A DNA stretch of 64,000 nt from Gammaproteobacteria bacterium (GTDB lineage: Bacteria; Pseudomonadota; Gammaproteobacteria; Eutrophobiales; Eutrophobiaceae): contig CBDEUK010000001.1 in the NCBI GenBank assembly GCA_965243205.1, forward strand, positions 1 to 64,000. Direction: 5' to 3'. The notes below the pieces were generated by a model. It was given only the letters and a program-made list of their open reading frames with translations, had not been told where the DNA came from and made no database searches. Below, one piece after another: positions 21,661 to 30,745 of the stretch; the stretch's first letter is position 1; every line of letters begins with the position of its first letter. A program made the position numbers and the translations under genes.

Positions 21661-22098
21661 CTATCGATATTTTCTCATCTGCGCTGTCCAACGCAGCTTT
21701 TCTTTGGTTGACTTGTTTTTGTTTTTATCGTTAATAAAATTCATCATTAATATTTTTTTTCTCTGTTTGCTGATACGGTATGAGTTATAAGTTTTTCTTG
21801 TGCCATTAAAGCCTCGCGGCTTAATAGCGTTCGAATGGAATAACGGCTGCCTAGCCTCTTGGTAATAATTAAGCCACCAACAACGGCCTCTGCTTTCTTC
21901 CCATTCAATTAAAATCTGCTCGATAGATTTGCCGGTATGCTTGGCATAATGTGCGGCTCTATAAATTACCCATTGAAAATGGGTATATAATTCTTTCTTG
22001 TCTCGAAAACTTCTTTTGTCAGTAACATCGCGGATATAAGATGCCTTTAAAGACTTATAGCCTTCTGACTGCGATATTTTTTTCCAATCAAGCTGCAT
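21661..22098 (-). CDS. Phage hypothetical protein
   Basis: 145-aa ORF in the operon direction. Confidence 0.6.
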   Translation of the reverse strand: MQLDWKKISQSEGYKSLKASYIRDVTDKRSFRDKKELYTHFQWVIYRAAHYAKHTGKSIEQILIEWEESRGRCWWLNYYQEARQPLFHSNAIKPRGFNGTRKTYNSYRISKQRKKILMMNFINDKNKNKSTKEKLRWTAQMRKYR

Positions 22099-22100
22099 AC

Positions 22101-22367
22101 TTAATGCTTATTAATATCGCCAAGTATTTTTTGATCTATCTCTTGCCCAAAAGAGGCAATCTCGTTGTTTATGTCAGTCATCAACTTCATATCCCTGTCT
22201 GTAGGTTCAGAGTCATCTGACATGTGCATCAATATGGCGTTAAACAAAACAGAAGCTCCGGCAAAAAAGGCCTGTCTTGTTTCGTTAACTTGGGTTTCGC
22301 TTGCATCATTTGGCACAGCCAATAATCTATATTTTTCCCACGCCTTCTCTATATGTTTTTTCATCAC
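22101..22367 (-). CDS. Phage hypothetical protein
   Basis: Coupled ORF; Q..ETRQAFFAGA pattern typical of small phage early proteins. Confidence 0.6.
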   Translation of the reverse strand: MMKKHIEKAWEKYRLLAVPNDASETQVNETRQAFFAGASVLFNAILMHMSDDSEPTDRDMKLMTDINNEIASFGQEIDQKILGDINKH

Positions 22368-22714
22368 ATTACCCTCATTTCTTTAAGATCTAATACAACT
22401 TGATTGATTAATAAGTCATTCATATTGAACGAACGAGTATTTACCTGGTTGAACCGTCTGTCATAACCAACAATCGTTAAATATCTAGTTTGTGGCTGTA
22501 TACTCACTACATTCAAACACCAGTAAATTGCACAGTTACTTTTTAAATATTTTTCAAGACCAGGTGTTAAACCCATTCTTGAGCGGTCGTAACATCGCAC
22601 TTGCATTAAACCAACATGGTCATAAACTTTTACTTCAAAACAATTATCATCTACCGCATACATACAAAAATGCATCACGCATGAAATTAACCAATTAGCA
22701 AAAACTTCATTCAT
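22364..22714 (-). CDS. Phage hypothetical protein
   Basis: ATGA overlaps on both sides. Confidence 0.55.
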   Translation of the reverse strand: MNEVFANWLISCVMHFCMYAVDDNCFEVKVYDHVGLMQVRCYDRSRMGLTPGLEKYLKSNCAIYWCLNVVSIQPQTRYLTIVGYDRRFNQVNTRSFNMNDLLINQVVLDLKEMRVM

Positions 22715-23013
22715 ATAGTTTCACCTGGTTTAATCTGGTAGTTATATTTTTGTTTCTTATTTTTTGATTTCGCGATTCGCGTCATAACGATTTTAGGATT
22801 TAGACCTGAAGAACGAGGGTTCTTTCGATGTGCTCGTATTTCTTTTGCGATAACCGGCAACTGATATTTGTGTTCTAAAACATAAGAAATAAAATCAAGC
22901 TGCTCATCAGCAACATCATCGGCAATTCTTTCAATAGTTGTGGGTGTAATAGTTTCTTGGGCAAGAGACCAAAAACGTATGATTGACTTAATATAATCTG
23001 AATCGAGTCTCAT
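22711..23013 (-). CDS. Phage hypothetical protein
   Basis: Coupled ORF. Confidence 0.55.
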   Translation of the reverse strand: MRLDSDYIKSIIRFWSLAQETITPTTIERIADDVADEQLDFISYVLEHKYQLPVIAKEIRAHRKNPRSSGLNPKIVMTRIAKSKNKKQKYNYQIKPGETI

Positions 23014-23018
23014 GATGG

Positions 23019-24674
23019 TTAATCTAAAAACAAAATAGACAAAGCTTTAACGCAGCCAGACTGAGGGTACTCAATTAAGCCTAAAGTTTTTAAACTACTC
23101 ACAGCATTATTAAAACTGCCGCTACCAAATGAATAATTAGATGCAATAGCAACGTCGTCTTTATCTATTTTTTCTGGATATGCATCTAATATCGGCTTGA
23201 GTACACGTTGCTGCGGGCCAGATAAACGCATCATGATTTTCAGGTGTAAAGCTTCAGTAGTAACTTCTGAATCTGGCATTTCTGCTTCATCCCTGCCTAA
23301 CGCTGTTAAGGCAACAGTGCTAGGCTTTGGATATTCGATCTTCCCTGCAGTACGTAGTGAACTCACTGCGTTATTAAAACTGCCGCTACCTGGTTTATAA
23401 GAAGCAATGAACGCTACCTGTACCTTTGAATAAGGAGGCTCTATGCCAGTAGACTCCCACCAGGCAATCGCATCGAGTATTCGTTTTTGTGGTCCGCCAG
23501 TTACTGCTGTAGCTCTAGTGAAAACACTAGGGCTTTCGATTTTGTTTATTGTTTGACTGGGAGTGTCTAGTAATGCGACAGCATTTTTAGCAGTTACTTG
23601 TATCTTGTTGAGTGCTTTTATAAGTGATTCTGTGGATGAGTCACGAGAACTCAAACCTTCTAAAGCTTCTTTAACTTTTTTCTGAACTTCTGCCTCGCTG
23701 TATCCATTGGCTTTTTTATTAGCTTTATTGAGCTCACGCTCAAGACTTTTTATTTTCCGCTTTAAGGCTTCAGGATCGTTATCTTTTGCTTTATCGATCA
23801 CTTCTTGCATCGCGCCTTCAAGCTTTTGCAAATCAACCGGCTTAAGCTCAACAGACTGCCTAACCTCGCTAGTCGGAGTAGCAGAACCGTCAAAAGTTAT
23901 TTTTTTATTAAAACGGGTTTTCTTAAAATTATTCACCCAAGCTGGGGACCAGAAAAAACAGTCCCCGTTTTTTAGTTCAGCTAATTCGTTAAGCTGTTCT
24001 TTTACATTTGCGCCGGCATAACTAACCCAATCTTGAATGGCCTTTCTTTCGTGAGCTCCCACCAATTGAAATACGATCAATGGCTCCACCTGGTTCAGCA
24101 CTTCTTTATTAACAGATTGCGGCCGCTGCGAAATCAAACTTACACCAATGCCATAATTACGACCTAAGCGAACAATATCCTCTAAGGCTCCAAGCATACG
24201 TTCTTCACCCTTCGCGCAACGTTGAGGAATAAAAACTTGAGATTCTTCAATGAATAAATGAAGTGGAATACGTCGAGATTTTTGTCTGAAAAATAGTTCT
24301 TCTGCAAAATCAGTAACAAATACTTTGCGCTGATTTTTGCGAAACATTGAAACATCAATAACTGCAGAAGAGCCCGTGTTCAAAACAAAATCCGCTACTA
24401 ATTTTCCTGATGTATGCTCTAAAGGTATATCGCCATGATTCCCACCAAGCACAGGGATATCAAAGTTGCTAGCTTTCTTACCGGTTTTATCTAAACGTAA
24501 TCCGTACCAATTACCCACAGGATCTAGAACAATAACTTGTTGCTTGGCAATTAAAAACGATTCAGCCATTTTCATTGAGCCATATGTCTTGCCGCTACCC
24601 TTTCGACCAATAAAACCAAAAGTTTGAGTAATAGCATCATCAGGCAAAGCAATATTTTTAAATGCGTATTTCAT
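23019..24674 (-). CDS. HerA/FtsK-like (DUF87) ATPase with coiled coil and duplicated C-terminal winged-helix-like domains
   Basis: GRKGSGKT, VLDPVG, FIEESQ, GRNYGIG..SQRP; repeated GSGSFNNAVSSL..G.IEYP. Confidence 0.8.
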   Translation of the reverse strand: MKYAFKNIALPDDAITQTFGFIGRKGSGKTYGSMKMAESFLIAKQQVIVLDPVGNWYGLRLDKTGKKASNFDIPVLGGNHGDIPLEHTSGKLVADFVLNTGSSAVIDVSMFRKNQRKVFVTDFAEELFFRQKSRRIPLHLFIEESQVFIPQRCAKGEERMLGALEDIVRLGRNYGIGVSLISQRPQSVNKEVLNQVEPLIVFQLVGAHERKAIQDWVSYAGANVKEQLNELAELKNGDCFFWSPAWVNNFKKTRFNKKITFDGSATPTSEVRQSVELKPVDLQKLEGAMQEVIDKAKDNDPEALKRKIKSLERELNKANKKANGYSEAEVQKKVKEALEGLSSRDSSTESLIKALNKIQVTAKNAVALLDTPSQTINKIESPSVFTRATAVTGGPQKRILDAIAWWESTGIEPPYSKVQVAFIASYKPGSGSFNNAVSSLRTAGKIEYPKPSTVALTALGRDEAEMPDSEVTTEALHLKIMMRLSGPQQRVLKPILDAYPEKIDKDDVAIASNYSFGSGSFNNAVSSLKTLGLIEYPQSGCVKALSILFLD

Positions 24675-25129
24675 TATTTTCTGAGCCTTCTTTTTTCTTC
24701 TTCGTACTCGTGTCTTATATTGTTAAAAATGGCGCGTATCATGGCCCATTCATCTTCCCAATCTTCAACAGGGTAAGTTCTCATATCAAAAGCCTCTTGC
24801 CTGATAACATTGGATAATAGTTTTTGATATTCAGGCGTTGCCGGCTCATATAAAATGTCGTCCATATCTTTTTCTAACCACGGAAACATGTGTTTAAACC
24901 TTTCAGGGTTAGAGGCCGCTTTAAACGCTAAAACTAAACGAGTAATTCTGTTGGTACCAACTGATCGACGTGTTCTTAAAACGAAGACCATAATTAAACA
25001 ACCAATCACTGCGTTAACCATTAGGGAAACCAAAGCCACCAGAGCAGCTAACAAAAGAAGGGCTATACCTCCCCAATAGAAAACTTTTAAAATCAATTCA
25101 TATTCCATACAGTTCAAACTCTTTTTCAA
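24674..25129 (-). CDS. Phage membrane protein
   Basis: Long N-terminal hydrophobic segment. Confidence 0.55.
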   Translation of the reverse strand: MKKSLNCMEYELILKVFYWGGIALLLLAALVALVSLMVNAVIGCLIMVFVLRTRRSVGTNRITRLVLAFKAASNPERFKHMFPWLEKDMDDILYEPATPEYQKLLSNVIRQEAFDMRTYPVEDWEDEWAMIRAIFNNIRHEYEEEKRRLRK

Positions 25130-25295
25130 AATCTTTTTGGGTCCATATTTTTTTTAACTTGCTGCGTTCCTGTTGTTGTTCACTGGTCCGCAAAATAACC
25201 TCGGGTGTGGGGCCATGCGTGTTAGCCATTAGCTCTAATAAGTCACCAGTTTTTATATGCTGGTATGTGGCACCGACATTGAGAGTTAGCATCAT
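25098..25295 (-). CDS. Phage hypothetical protein
   Basis: VGATYQHIKTG; coupled ORF. Confidence 0.5.
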   Translation of the reverse strand: MMLTLNVGATYQHIKTGDLLELMANTHGPTPEVILRTSEQQQERSKLKKIWTQKDFEKEFELYGI

Positions 25296-25738
25296 TAATA
25301 ACCGGCTGTAACTTCAACGCGCATTGGGAGCCTGTCTTTTGCTAATGAATCAATGTCACGAGCCAATCCTATTAACCACTGTAAATTAGGTATTATGTTT
25401 CTTGGTAAGTAATCAGGAAGGCCTATAAATAAAATTTCATCTGTCTTGGACTCAGCTTTCCTAATGTCAGCCGTCGAATAAAAACAATAAACAATATCTG
25501 CTGGTATATCGTTGGTTTTATCGAACTGCATTGATGTATAATAAGTCCACTCATCGACATTGAGTCCGCATTCTTCGTGAAACTCTCGAACCATAGCCTC
25601 ATGATGACTCTCTCCAAGCTCTACTTTTCCACCTAAACCATTAAGCTTCCCTTTTTGCCAGTCAGGATAATTTTTCTTAATAAGTAAAACTTCATTCATA
25701 TCTTTGTTAAAACAAAATCCTAAAACATATTCATTCAT
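25295..25738 (-). CDS. NUDIX hydrolase
   Basis: Nudix box GGKVELGESHHEAMVREFHEECGL. Confidence 0.9.
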   Translation of the reverse strand: MNEYVLGFCFNKDMNEVLLIKKNYPDWQKGKLNGLGGKVELGESHHEAMVREFHEECGLNVDEWTYYTSMQFDKTNDIPADIVYCFYSTADIRKAESKTDEILFIGLPDYLPRNIIPNLQWLIGLARDIDSLAKDRLPMRVEVTAGY

Positions 25739-25756
25739 AATAGATTCCTCGATTAA

Positions 25757-26425
25757 TCAAGCTGCTGCTTTTTGTTTCTCATTGACGCTTTGTCTAAAAT
25801 ACTCAGGAGTTACCCAACAAGAATGCTCTTCCAGTGTTAAGGTGTTTCCATGAACAACGACTGCAGGGACGCCCGTTAAAACTAATTGAATGTAAGCCAT
25901 GTGAACGCATCGCAAATCGACATCCACACAGGTAACACTCAATCGTTCACGATAATCCACATCTAATTTATGTAAGCGCTCAGCTGCAGCCAAAACAATT
26001 CCGCCAGAACCGACAGCAGGCTCATTTAAAGTAATTTTCTTATCGTCTTTATTAAGAGATATTTCATCGCTTATAGTCATGGAAGCCATTAACTGAGATA
26101 AGGTATAAGGAGTGAAGAACTGACCCGAATCTTTATTAGAAATTTCCATTTCCATAAACAATTCACCCAGCCAATCATTAAAGCCATGCTCTTGAAACAA
26201 AAGAACTAACTTCGACAAACAAAAACAAAATTTATCCAGCTCCTCTCTTTTATAATTGCCGGTTATATTAAGGTAAGCATCCTCACGTTCTTGCCAATAC
26301 TCTGTTTTTATCTGGTTTGCAAAAGCAATTGCGGCCATTTCTACCCAATCACGAAACACGGCATGAAGATCACGGGAATGAGCTATACCCTTTAGCGCTT
26401 TAATGATCTCGTTCTTAAGATGCAT
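25757..26425 (-). CDS. Short N6-methylase/HsdM-like protein lacking the NPP(Y/F) motif
   Basis: [22 protein letters not shown], then the protein ends. Confidence 0.8.
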   Translation of the reverse strand: MHLKNEIIKALKGIAHSRDLHAVFRDWVEMAAIAFANQIKTEYWQEREDAYLNITGNYKREELDKFCFCLSKLVLLFQEHGFNDWLGELFMEMEISNKDSGQFFTPYTLSQLMASMTISDEISLNKDDKKITLNEPAVGSGGIVLAAAERLHKLDVDYRERLSVTCVDVDLRCVHMAYIQLVLTGVPAVVVHGNTLTLEEHSCWVTPEYFRQSVNEKQKAAA

Positions 26426-26693
26426 GGCTTCTAAGGCTTAACGTGTTTTCAGTTTTAACGTGATGCGGCTTGTGATTATCGGTTCTTCCATTACCATGCC
26501 CCTTCTCTCCAGTTTTTAATTTTCCATCGTTTTCATTGCGAATACGTTCGGCTATTTCTTCACGATGCACGGGCACTTCTTTTGGTGCGTCAACACCAAT
26601 GCGCACCTGGTTGCCTCGAATAGCTAATACAGTGACGTTTATATCATCACCAATACAAAGTGTTTCGCCTGTTCGTCTAGTTAATATCAGCAT
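26415..26693 (-). CDS. csrA: Phage-encoded CsrA/RsmA RNA-binding protein with C-terminal extension
   Basis: [44 protein letters not shown]. Confidence 0.93.
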   Translation of the reverse strand: MLILTRRTGETLCIGDDINVTVLAIRGNQVRIGVDAPKEVPVHREEIAERIRNENDGKLKTGEKGHGNGRTDNHKPHHVKTENTLSLRSHAS

Positions 26694-26704
26694 ATTGTTC
26701 TCCT

Positions 26705-26956
26705 TTATAAATTGTTTACTACATCTTTGGGTTTATTTAAATTTTCATCACTCTGTTCTTGTTGTTGTTTCTTCAATTCTTCTGCAGACAAGAGAATTAA
26801 TTTGTTTTGTTTGGCTGCATCTGAATTTAAAAAATCTTTTGCAACGTATGCATTAGTATGGGCATCGGTCTCATCAAGACCTTTTTTGTTTTGCATTTCT
26901 TTTGCAAAATCTGCTAAAGCTTTTTTTAGTTGCGATTCGTTAAAACACCAATACAT
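26705..26956 (-). CDS. Phage hypothetical protein
   Basis: ORF in the operon direction. Confidence 0.55.
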   Translation of the reverse strand: MYWCFNESQLKKALADFAKEMQNKKGLDETDAHTNAYVAKDFLNSDAAKQNKLILLSAEELKKQQQEQSDENLNKPKDVVNNL

Positions 26957-27218
26957 TTTTAGGCACCGTTACCATTGTTTTTATTTCTGGAAATTCTTCT
27001 AACAAAGCTGCTTTTAACTTTAAGAACTCTGGCTCCTGCAGCATTTTTTTAAGTTGAGGCTTTTCATTTTTTATATATTTCCAAGCCAATTTTTTATTTT
27101 CTTCACTTAGATCTTCTAACGTGACAAAAACATCACCACTGCGAACTGGGAGCTTATAAACCTTGACAGGCAAAGGTTTGCCTTCTGTGTCTTCACTGGA
27201 ATCTTTAAATTTGCTCAT
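26940..27218 (-). CDS. Phage hypothetical protein
   Basis: Likely start MSKFKD at 27218. Confidence 0.5.
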   Translation of the reverse strand: MSKFKDSSEDTEGKPLPVKVYKLPVRSGDVFVTLEDLSEENKKLAWKYIKNEKPQLKKMLQEPEFLKLKAALLEEFPEIKTMVTVPKNVLVF

Positions 27219-27453
27219 TCTGTTTTTCCATTTGAAATACATAACGATCAGTTTCATTCCAAAACAGGTAATAAATAAATGCGTAATAGATCAGCACTGG
27301 AACAAAGAACACGATATAAAAAAACATCACAAAAATATTACGTTCAAAAGGCAAATGTGCTGGCATAAAATGAAAAATCTTTAGTGAGGCAGCGCCAATC
27401 ACAAACCAATAAAAAAGAACAATGCATGTCACAATGAATTCAAAAGTACTCAT
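27205..27453 (-). CDS. Small two-TM membrane protein
   Basis: AGGAGG RBS before MSTFEF at 27453; two hydrophobic helices. Confidence 0.55.
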   Translation of the reverse strand: MSTFEFIVTCIVLFYWFVIGAASLKIFHFMPAHLPFERNIFVMFFYIVFFVPVLIYYAFIYYLFWNETDRYVFQMEKQNEQI

Positions 27454-27678
27454 ACGCCCTCCTTTAAAATAAAGCCGAGCTTGTACACAACGGGGAGGCA
27501 TTTATCTAAACCAATCGTGTGGGTCTGCTCGGCAACAATCACACTTGTAACTATCATGTCATTGCCCCTGCCCCAGTTGTTTCATATCCATAAGCCTTAT
27601 TACTGAAGCGGAGCAAGAAATGCATAAGGCGTACGAGAGAACGCAAGACCAGGGCTGCTCGCATTCTGCTTGCAAAAT

Positions 27679-28275
27679 TCACGATGCTTGCTCCAAAGCA
27701 AGTTCAACCTCTTCTTTATCTGGTGCGGTATAAATCGTGGTGGAATTAATACTGGCATGACCAAGAGCTTCTTTAGCGATAAGCAAAGCAGAGTCAGAAG
27801 TTGAATATTTAAGGATCCGTTTAGCGAAAGTGTGGCGCCACCAATGAGGCGAGGCTTTAAACTCAAAACCTGCTTGTTCACACCAGTAATGCATACGGTC
27901 CTGATAACTGCGAACAGATAACGCTTGCCCTCTACGACTCATAACTAATGGTCGTGAAGGTATTAAGGCGTAACCTTGTTTCTTTAAAACCTTTAATAAA
28001 TCTGTAAGCGCTTCGCGAGCACTTTTGGTTACATACAGTTCATGTTTCTTGGCTCGCTTTTGGATCTCGCCTTCTAACTTTATGTAATTAGTACGAATCG
28101 CTTCTTGGGCATGACCAACCGTTAATAAAGAAAAAGCATTAATACGCAAACCGGTATGACGTAAAGCCCGCATCCAAGCGTAATCACGCTTAGCATGAAT
28201 ATCGTTAACACGCTTAACAGTGTTAAGTAATTTCTTTTCTTCAGCTTCGGTAAAATAGGTTCTAAATGATTTCAT
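27679..28275 (-). CDS. Small tyrosine recombinase (catalytic domain only, FimB/FimE-sized)
   Basis: RDYAW..TGLR, QKR, PHWWRHTF, LGH, TTIY. Confidence 0.9.
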   Translation of the reverse strand: MKSFRTYFTEAEEKKLLNTVKRVNDIHAKRDYAWMRALRHTGLRINAFSLLTVGHAQEAIRTNYIKLEGEIQKRAKKHELYVTKSAREALTDLLKVLKKQGYALIPSRPLVMSRRGQALSVRSYQDRMHYWCEQAGFEFKASPHWWRHTFAKRILKYSTSDSALLIAKEALGHASINSTTIYTAPDKEEVELALEQAS

Positions 28276-28277
28276 AA

Positions 28278-28658
28278 TTATGCATTAATAATTTCATCGT
28301 TCATTTCTGCAGCTTCCTCTGAACCTATAAATTCAATAAAAGCTTCAATGGGTTTAGTACCGCGCACTTTCACAGCGCGAACTGTTACCAAACAAGGCGC
28401 GCCGTATACTCTTAAATCAAAATATTTTTTCGGGATGGGAATGCGTGAACGACCGTTTAAATGATCATCGATAATTAATACCGGTACGATTTGACCTTGT
28501 ATAACCACAACAAAAATTTCTAATGAAGTACGACTGTTGATTCTTATCTCTTGCAGAAGAGGAACAAAGTAACGAGACAGAGAGCCTTTAGGTTTATAAG
28601 TGCTAGATGTTACGTGAATGACTTCATTTCTATCTTTCATTAGAAGCATCTCCGCCAA
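28278..28658 (-). CDS. Phage hypothetical protein
   Basis: ORF in the operon; start uncertain. Confidence 0.5.
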   Translation of the reverse strand: MAEMLLMKDRNEVIHVTSSTYKPKGSLSRYFVPLLQEIRINSRTSLEIFVVVIQGQIVPVLIIDDHLNGRSRIPIPKKYFDLRVYGAPCLVTVRAVKVRGTKPIEAFIEFIGSEEAAEMNDEIINA

Positions 28659-28818
28659 TTAAAAACTTTTCACAAAGCTCTTCTTTAAAGCAAGCGAAGA
28701 TAATCGAACCGCAATTCACATATTGATCATCGCCAACATTATCTTCAACGCTGTTAATGCCACGCTTGTTTAGTGACTTAGGAACTGGGTTTTTGACTTT
28801 CACTTGTTTAGATCCCAT
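28630..28818 (-). CDS. Phage hypothetical protein
   Basis: Overlaps the cII stop. Confidence 0.4.
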   Translation of the reverse strand: MGSKQVKVKNPVPKSLNKRGINSVEDNVGDDQYVNCGSIIFACFKEELCEKFLIGGDASNER

Positions 28819-29299
28819 TAATCACCATGCCTTCAACCAAGCGATCTAGTTGAATCATTAACTGAATATCCTCATGAAACTCACGCTTAATATTTCGGTA
28901 ATGCTTTTCTGTGATCCTTCCTTCGATGATTACCTTTCTTAGCTCAGCAGCGGTTTCGCCCTGGTCCTCCACTAGATGTAAATATTTTTCAAATAAGTTC
29001 TCTTTTGAAAGCTTTCCAAGCTCGCTATCCAAAGGGATAACAACGTGTGGTTTATTTATTTCACGAGCAAAAGCGTTAAGAATTGAATAGTTGTCACGCA
29101 AGTCCATGACAGCGACTAATTCATCCGGTGATAAATGAGCGCCCTCACAAGTAGCTGAGCACTTATTGCTAAAATAGTGGGGGTCGCGTTTGAGTTGCAG
29201 CGCTAGAGCTTTATACCCTTTATGCTCAACGCCATCTTCATCAACATAACGATGCTTGCGCAAATCCATATCGATGAACATTGATAAATCACTAGCCAT
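28808..29299 (-). CDS. Phage regulatory CII-family protein (186/P2-type)
   Basis: GYKALALQL..FSNK..HLSPDEL..SILNAFA; C-terminal GRIT..I..E pattern; GGAGG RBS. Confidence 0.75.
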   Translation of the reverse strand: MASDLSMFIDMDLRKHRYVDEDGVEHKGYKALALQLKRDPHYFSNKCSATCEGAHLSPDELVAVMDLRDNYSILNAFAREINKPHVVIPLDSELGKLSKENLFEKYLHLVEDQGETAAELRKVIIEGRITEKHYRNIKREFHEDIQLMIQLDRLVEGMVINGI

Positions 29300-29352
29300 T
29301 GTGATTAGCCTCCAAAGTTCACATTGTGTGTAATGAGGCGACTGGCTATATT
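29298..29352 (+). promoter_or_regulatory. Putative CII-activated establishment promoter (pE-like)
   Basis: Inverted half-sites ATTGTGA (29298) and TCACATT (29319) 21 bp apart; TTGTGT-17-TATATT. Confidence 0.5.
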
Positions 29353-29515
29353 TATACAGGCTAGAAATGTTATCCTAGCGCTGAGGTGAAACGGTGACCT
29401 AACCAGTAACCTCGCCTTCTCTGTGCCGGAGTTGCAGCTTCGGCACAGAACCTAAAAATCTAAACGATCAATCTGTCAAACTTATGGCTAAAAAAGCCAA
29501 ATTTAATTATTAAAT

Positions 29516-29668
29516 CTATGCGGTTTGAGCTAATCCCCGCTCTATCACCCTATCCGCTTCCTTAGTTAATGAGCGGCCATTATTTTCAGCTTGCTTCATT
29601 AATTTACGCTTTGTAGTTTTGCTTATGCGAATAACGTCTGTTTGGTTTTTCTTGTCTTTTAAGATCAT
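29516..29668 (-). CDS. Arc-like ribbon-helix-helix protein (Cro position)
   Basis: DVIRISKTTKRKLMKQAENNGRSLTKEA; likely start MILKD at 29668. Confidence 0.7.
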   Translation of the reverse strand: MILKDKKNQTDVIRISKTTKRKLMKQAENNGRSLTKEADRVIERGLAQTA

Positions 29669-29670
29669 GT

Positions 29671-29753
29671 TGTTACATTCTGTTACTATATGTAACATTA
29701 TGTTACTAATCTGTTACTACACTGTCAACATTTTTTTGACTACAATCTGTTAC
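29671..29753. promoter_or_regulatory. Operator array (TGTTAC repeats) and leftward early promoter
   Basis: TGTTAC at 29671, 29681, 29701, 29712, 29748 and TGTAAC at 29691; minus-strand TTGACA(29728)-17-TAACAT. Confidence 0.75.
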
Positions 29754-29754
29754 T

Positions 29755-30174
29755 ATGACAAAACAGTCTGACATTAACCCCATCGGCGTACGAATGGACG
29801 ACGAGCTTAAGCAAGCTCTCAAGAAATCTGCCGAGGCGAAAAAGCTGAGTTTGAACACAGAAATAACCAACCGACTTAAAGCTTCCTTGAAAGCGGACGA
29901 AATCGCCGAAGGCGCCGAATCGGGAGATCCCTACCAGGCGATTCTTGCGGCCACCCAAACAATTCACGTATCTGAGAAAGTCATCAACAATGCGGTAATG
30001 CTGATCGCTAAAGACAAGGGCAATGTCAAAGTAAAAGAAGAAAAATCTCTTCTTGATCAATTTGGAAAAGAAATGATTGACGCAATGAAAGCAATAAGCG
30101 AAATGCCCGCAGATATGAAAGACAATCTCATTGCACTCGTTAACGAGTTTTCTAAAAATAAACTTAAAAAATAA
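29755..30174 (+). CDS. Arc/Mnt-family ribbon-helix-helix repressor (CI position)
   Basis: PIGVRMDDELKQALKKSAEAKKLSLNTEITNRL; divergent from the early operon; no SD visible. Confidence 0.8.
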   Translation: MTKQSDINPIGVRMDDELKQALKKSAEAKKLSLNTEITNRLKASLKADEIAEGAESGDPYQAILAATQTIHVSEKVINNAVMLIAKDKGNVKVKEEKSLLDQFGKEMIDAMKAISEMPADMKDNLIALVNEFSKNKLKK

Positions 30175-30342
30175 CAATTCCATTTCGGCCTACCTGCCTA
30201 TAATTAAAAACTTATATTCCTATACAAAACCACTTTTCATTTAAACTGTAAATCGATTCTTAAAAACTCCTAAAGTTTCCTTATTTCATTCCGATGAATT
30301 TAGAAACATACCCTATATGGGTTAACCCAAATAGAGGAATTT

Positions 30343-30696
30343 ATGGTAAACAAACAATTAAAAAAAATTCATGAACGCATAAAATGGGCGATTGAAAACA
30401 GCTTTGGCTATGAAAGAGTTGCTGAGAAAATGCATAAAGCACCGTCGACGATATACAACTATTGCACAGAGGGCGGAGCGCCAGACAAATTCAGTGTACT
30501 CAAACAAATTGCAAAAGTCACTGGGTTTTCATGGATCTGGATAGTAACCGGTAAAGGTAACCCTAAAGATCCCATTCCTTGGCTCAGTAAAACGCACACA
30601 AATATTTTACGGTTCTATGAAAACATGACCGATGAAAAAAAATACCACTTCTATAATTTTTTTATTATGGGCGACAAACCCTCCCCACAGTTCTAA
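30343..30696 (+). CDS. XRE-like HTH regulator
   Basis: ERVAEKMHKAPSTIYNY..LKQIAKVTGFSWIWIVTGKG; GAGG RBS. Confidence 0.75.
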   Translation: MVNKQLKKIHERIKWAIENSFGYERVAEKMHKAPSTIYNYCTEGGAPDKFSVLKQIAKVTGFSWIWIVTGKGNPKDPIPWLSKTHTNILRFYENMTDEKKYHFYNFFIMGDKPSPQF

Positions 30697-30745
30697 AGGA
30701 CAGGGAATGTTGCCAGACGATACCCAATGATAAAAGTTTTTCCTT

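Noticed and set aside
27600-27881. 93-aa alternative-frame ORF inside the small tyrosine recombinase
   Set aside because: Unlike the MTase case it supplies no missing motif
29740-30183. 147-aa ORF antisense to the RHH repressor
   Set aside because: Shadow of the plus-strand gene, which has a clear Arc-like motif
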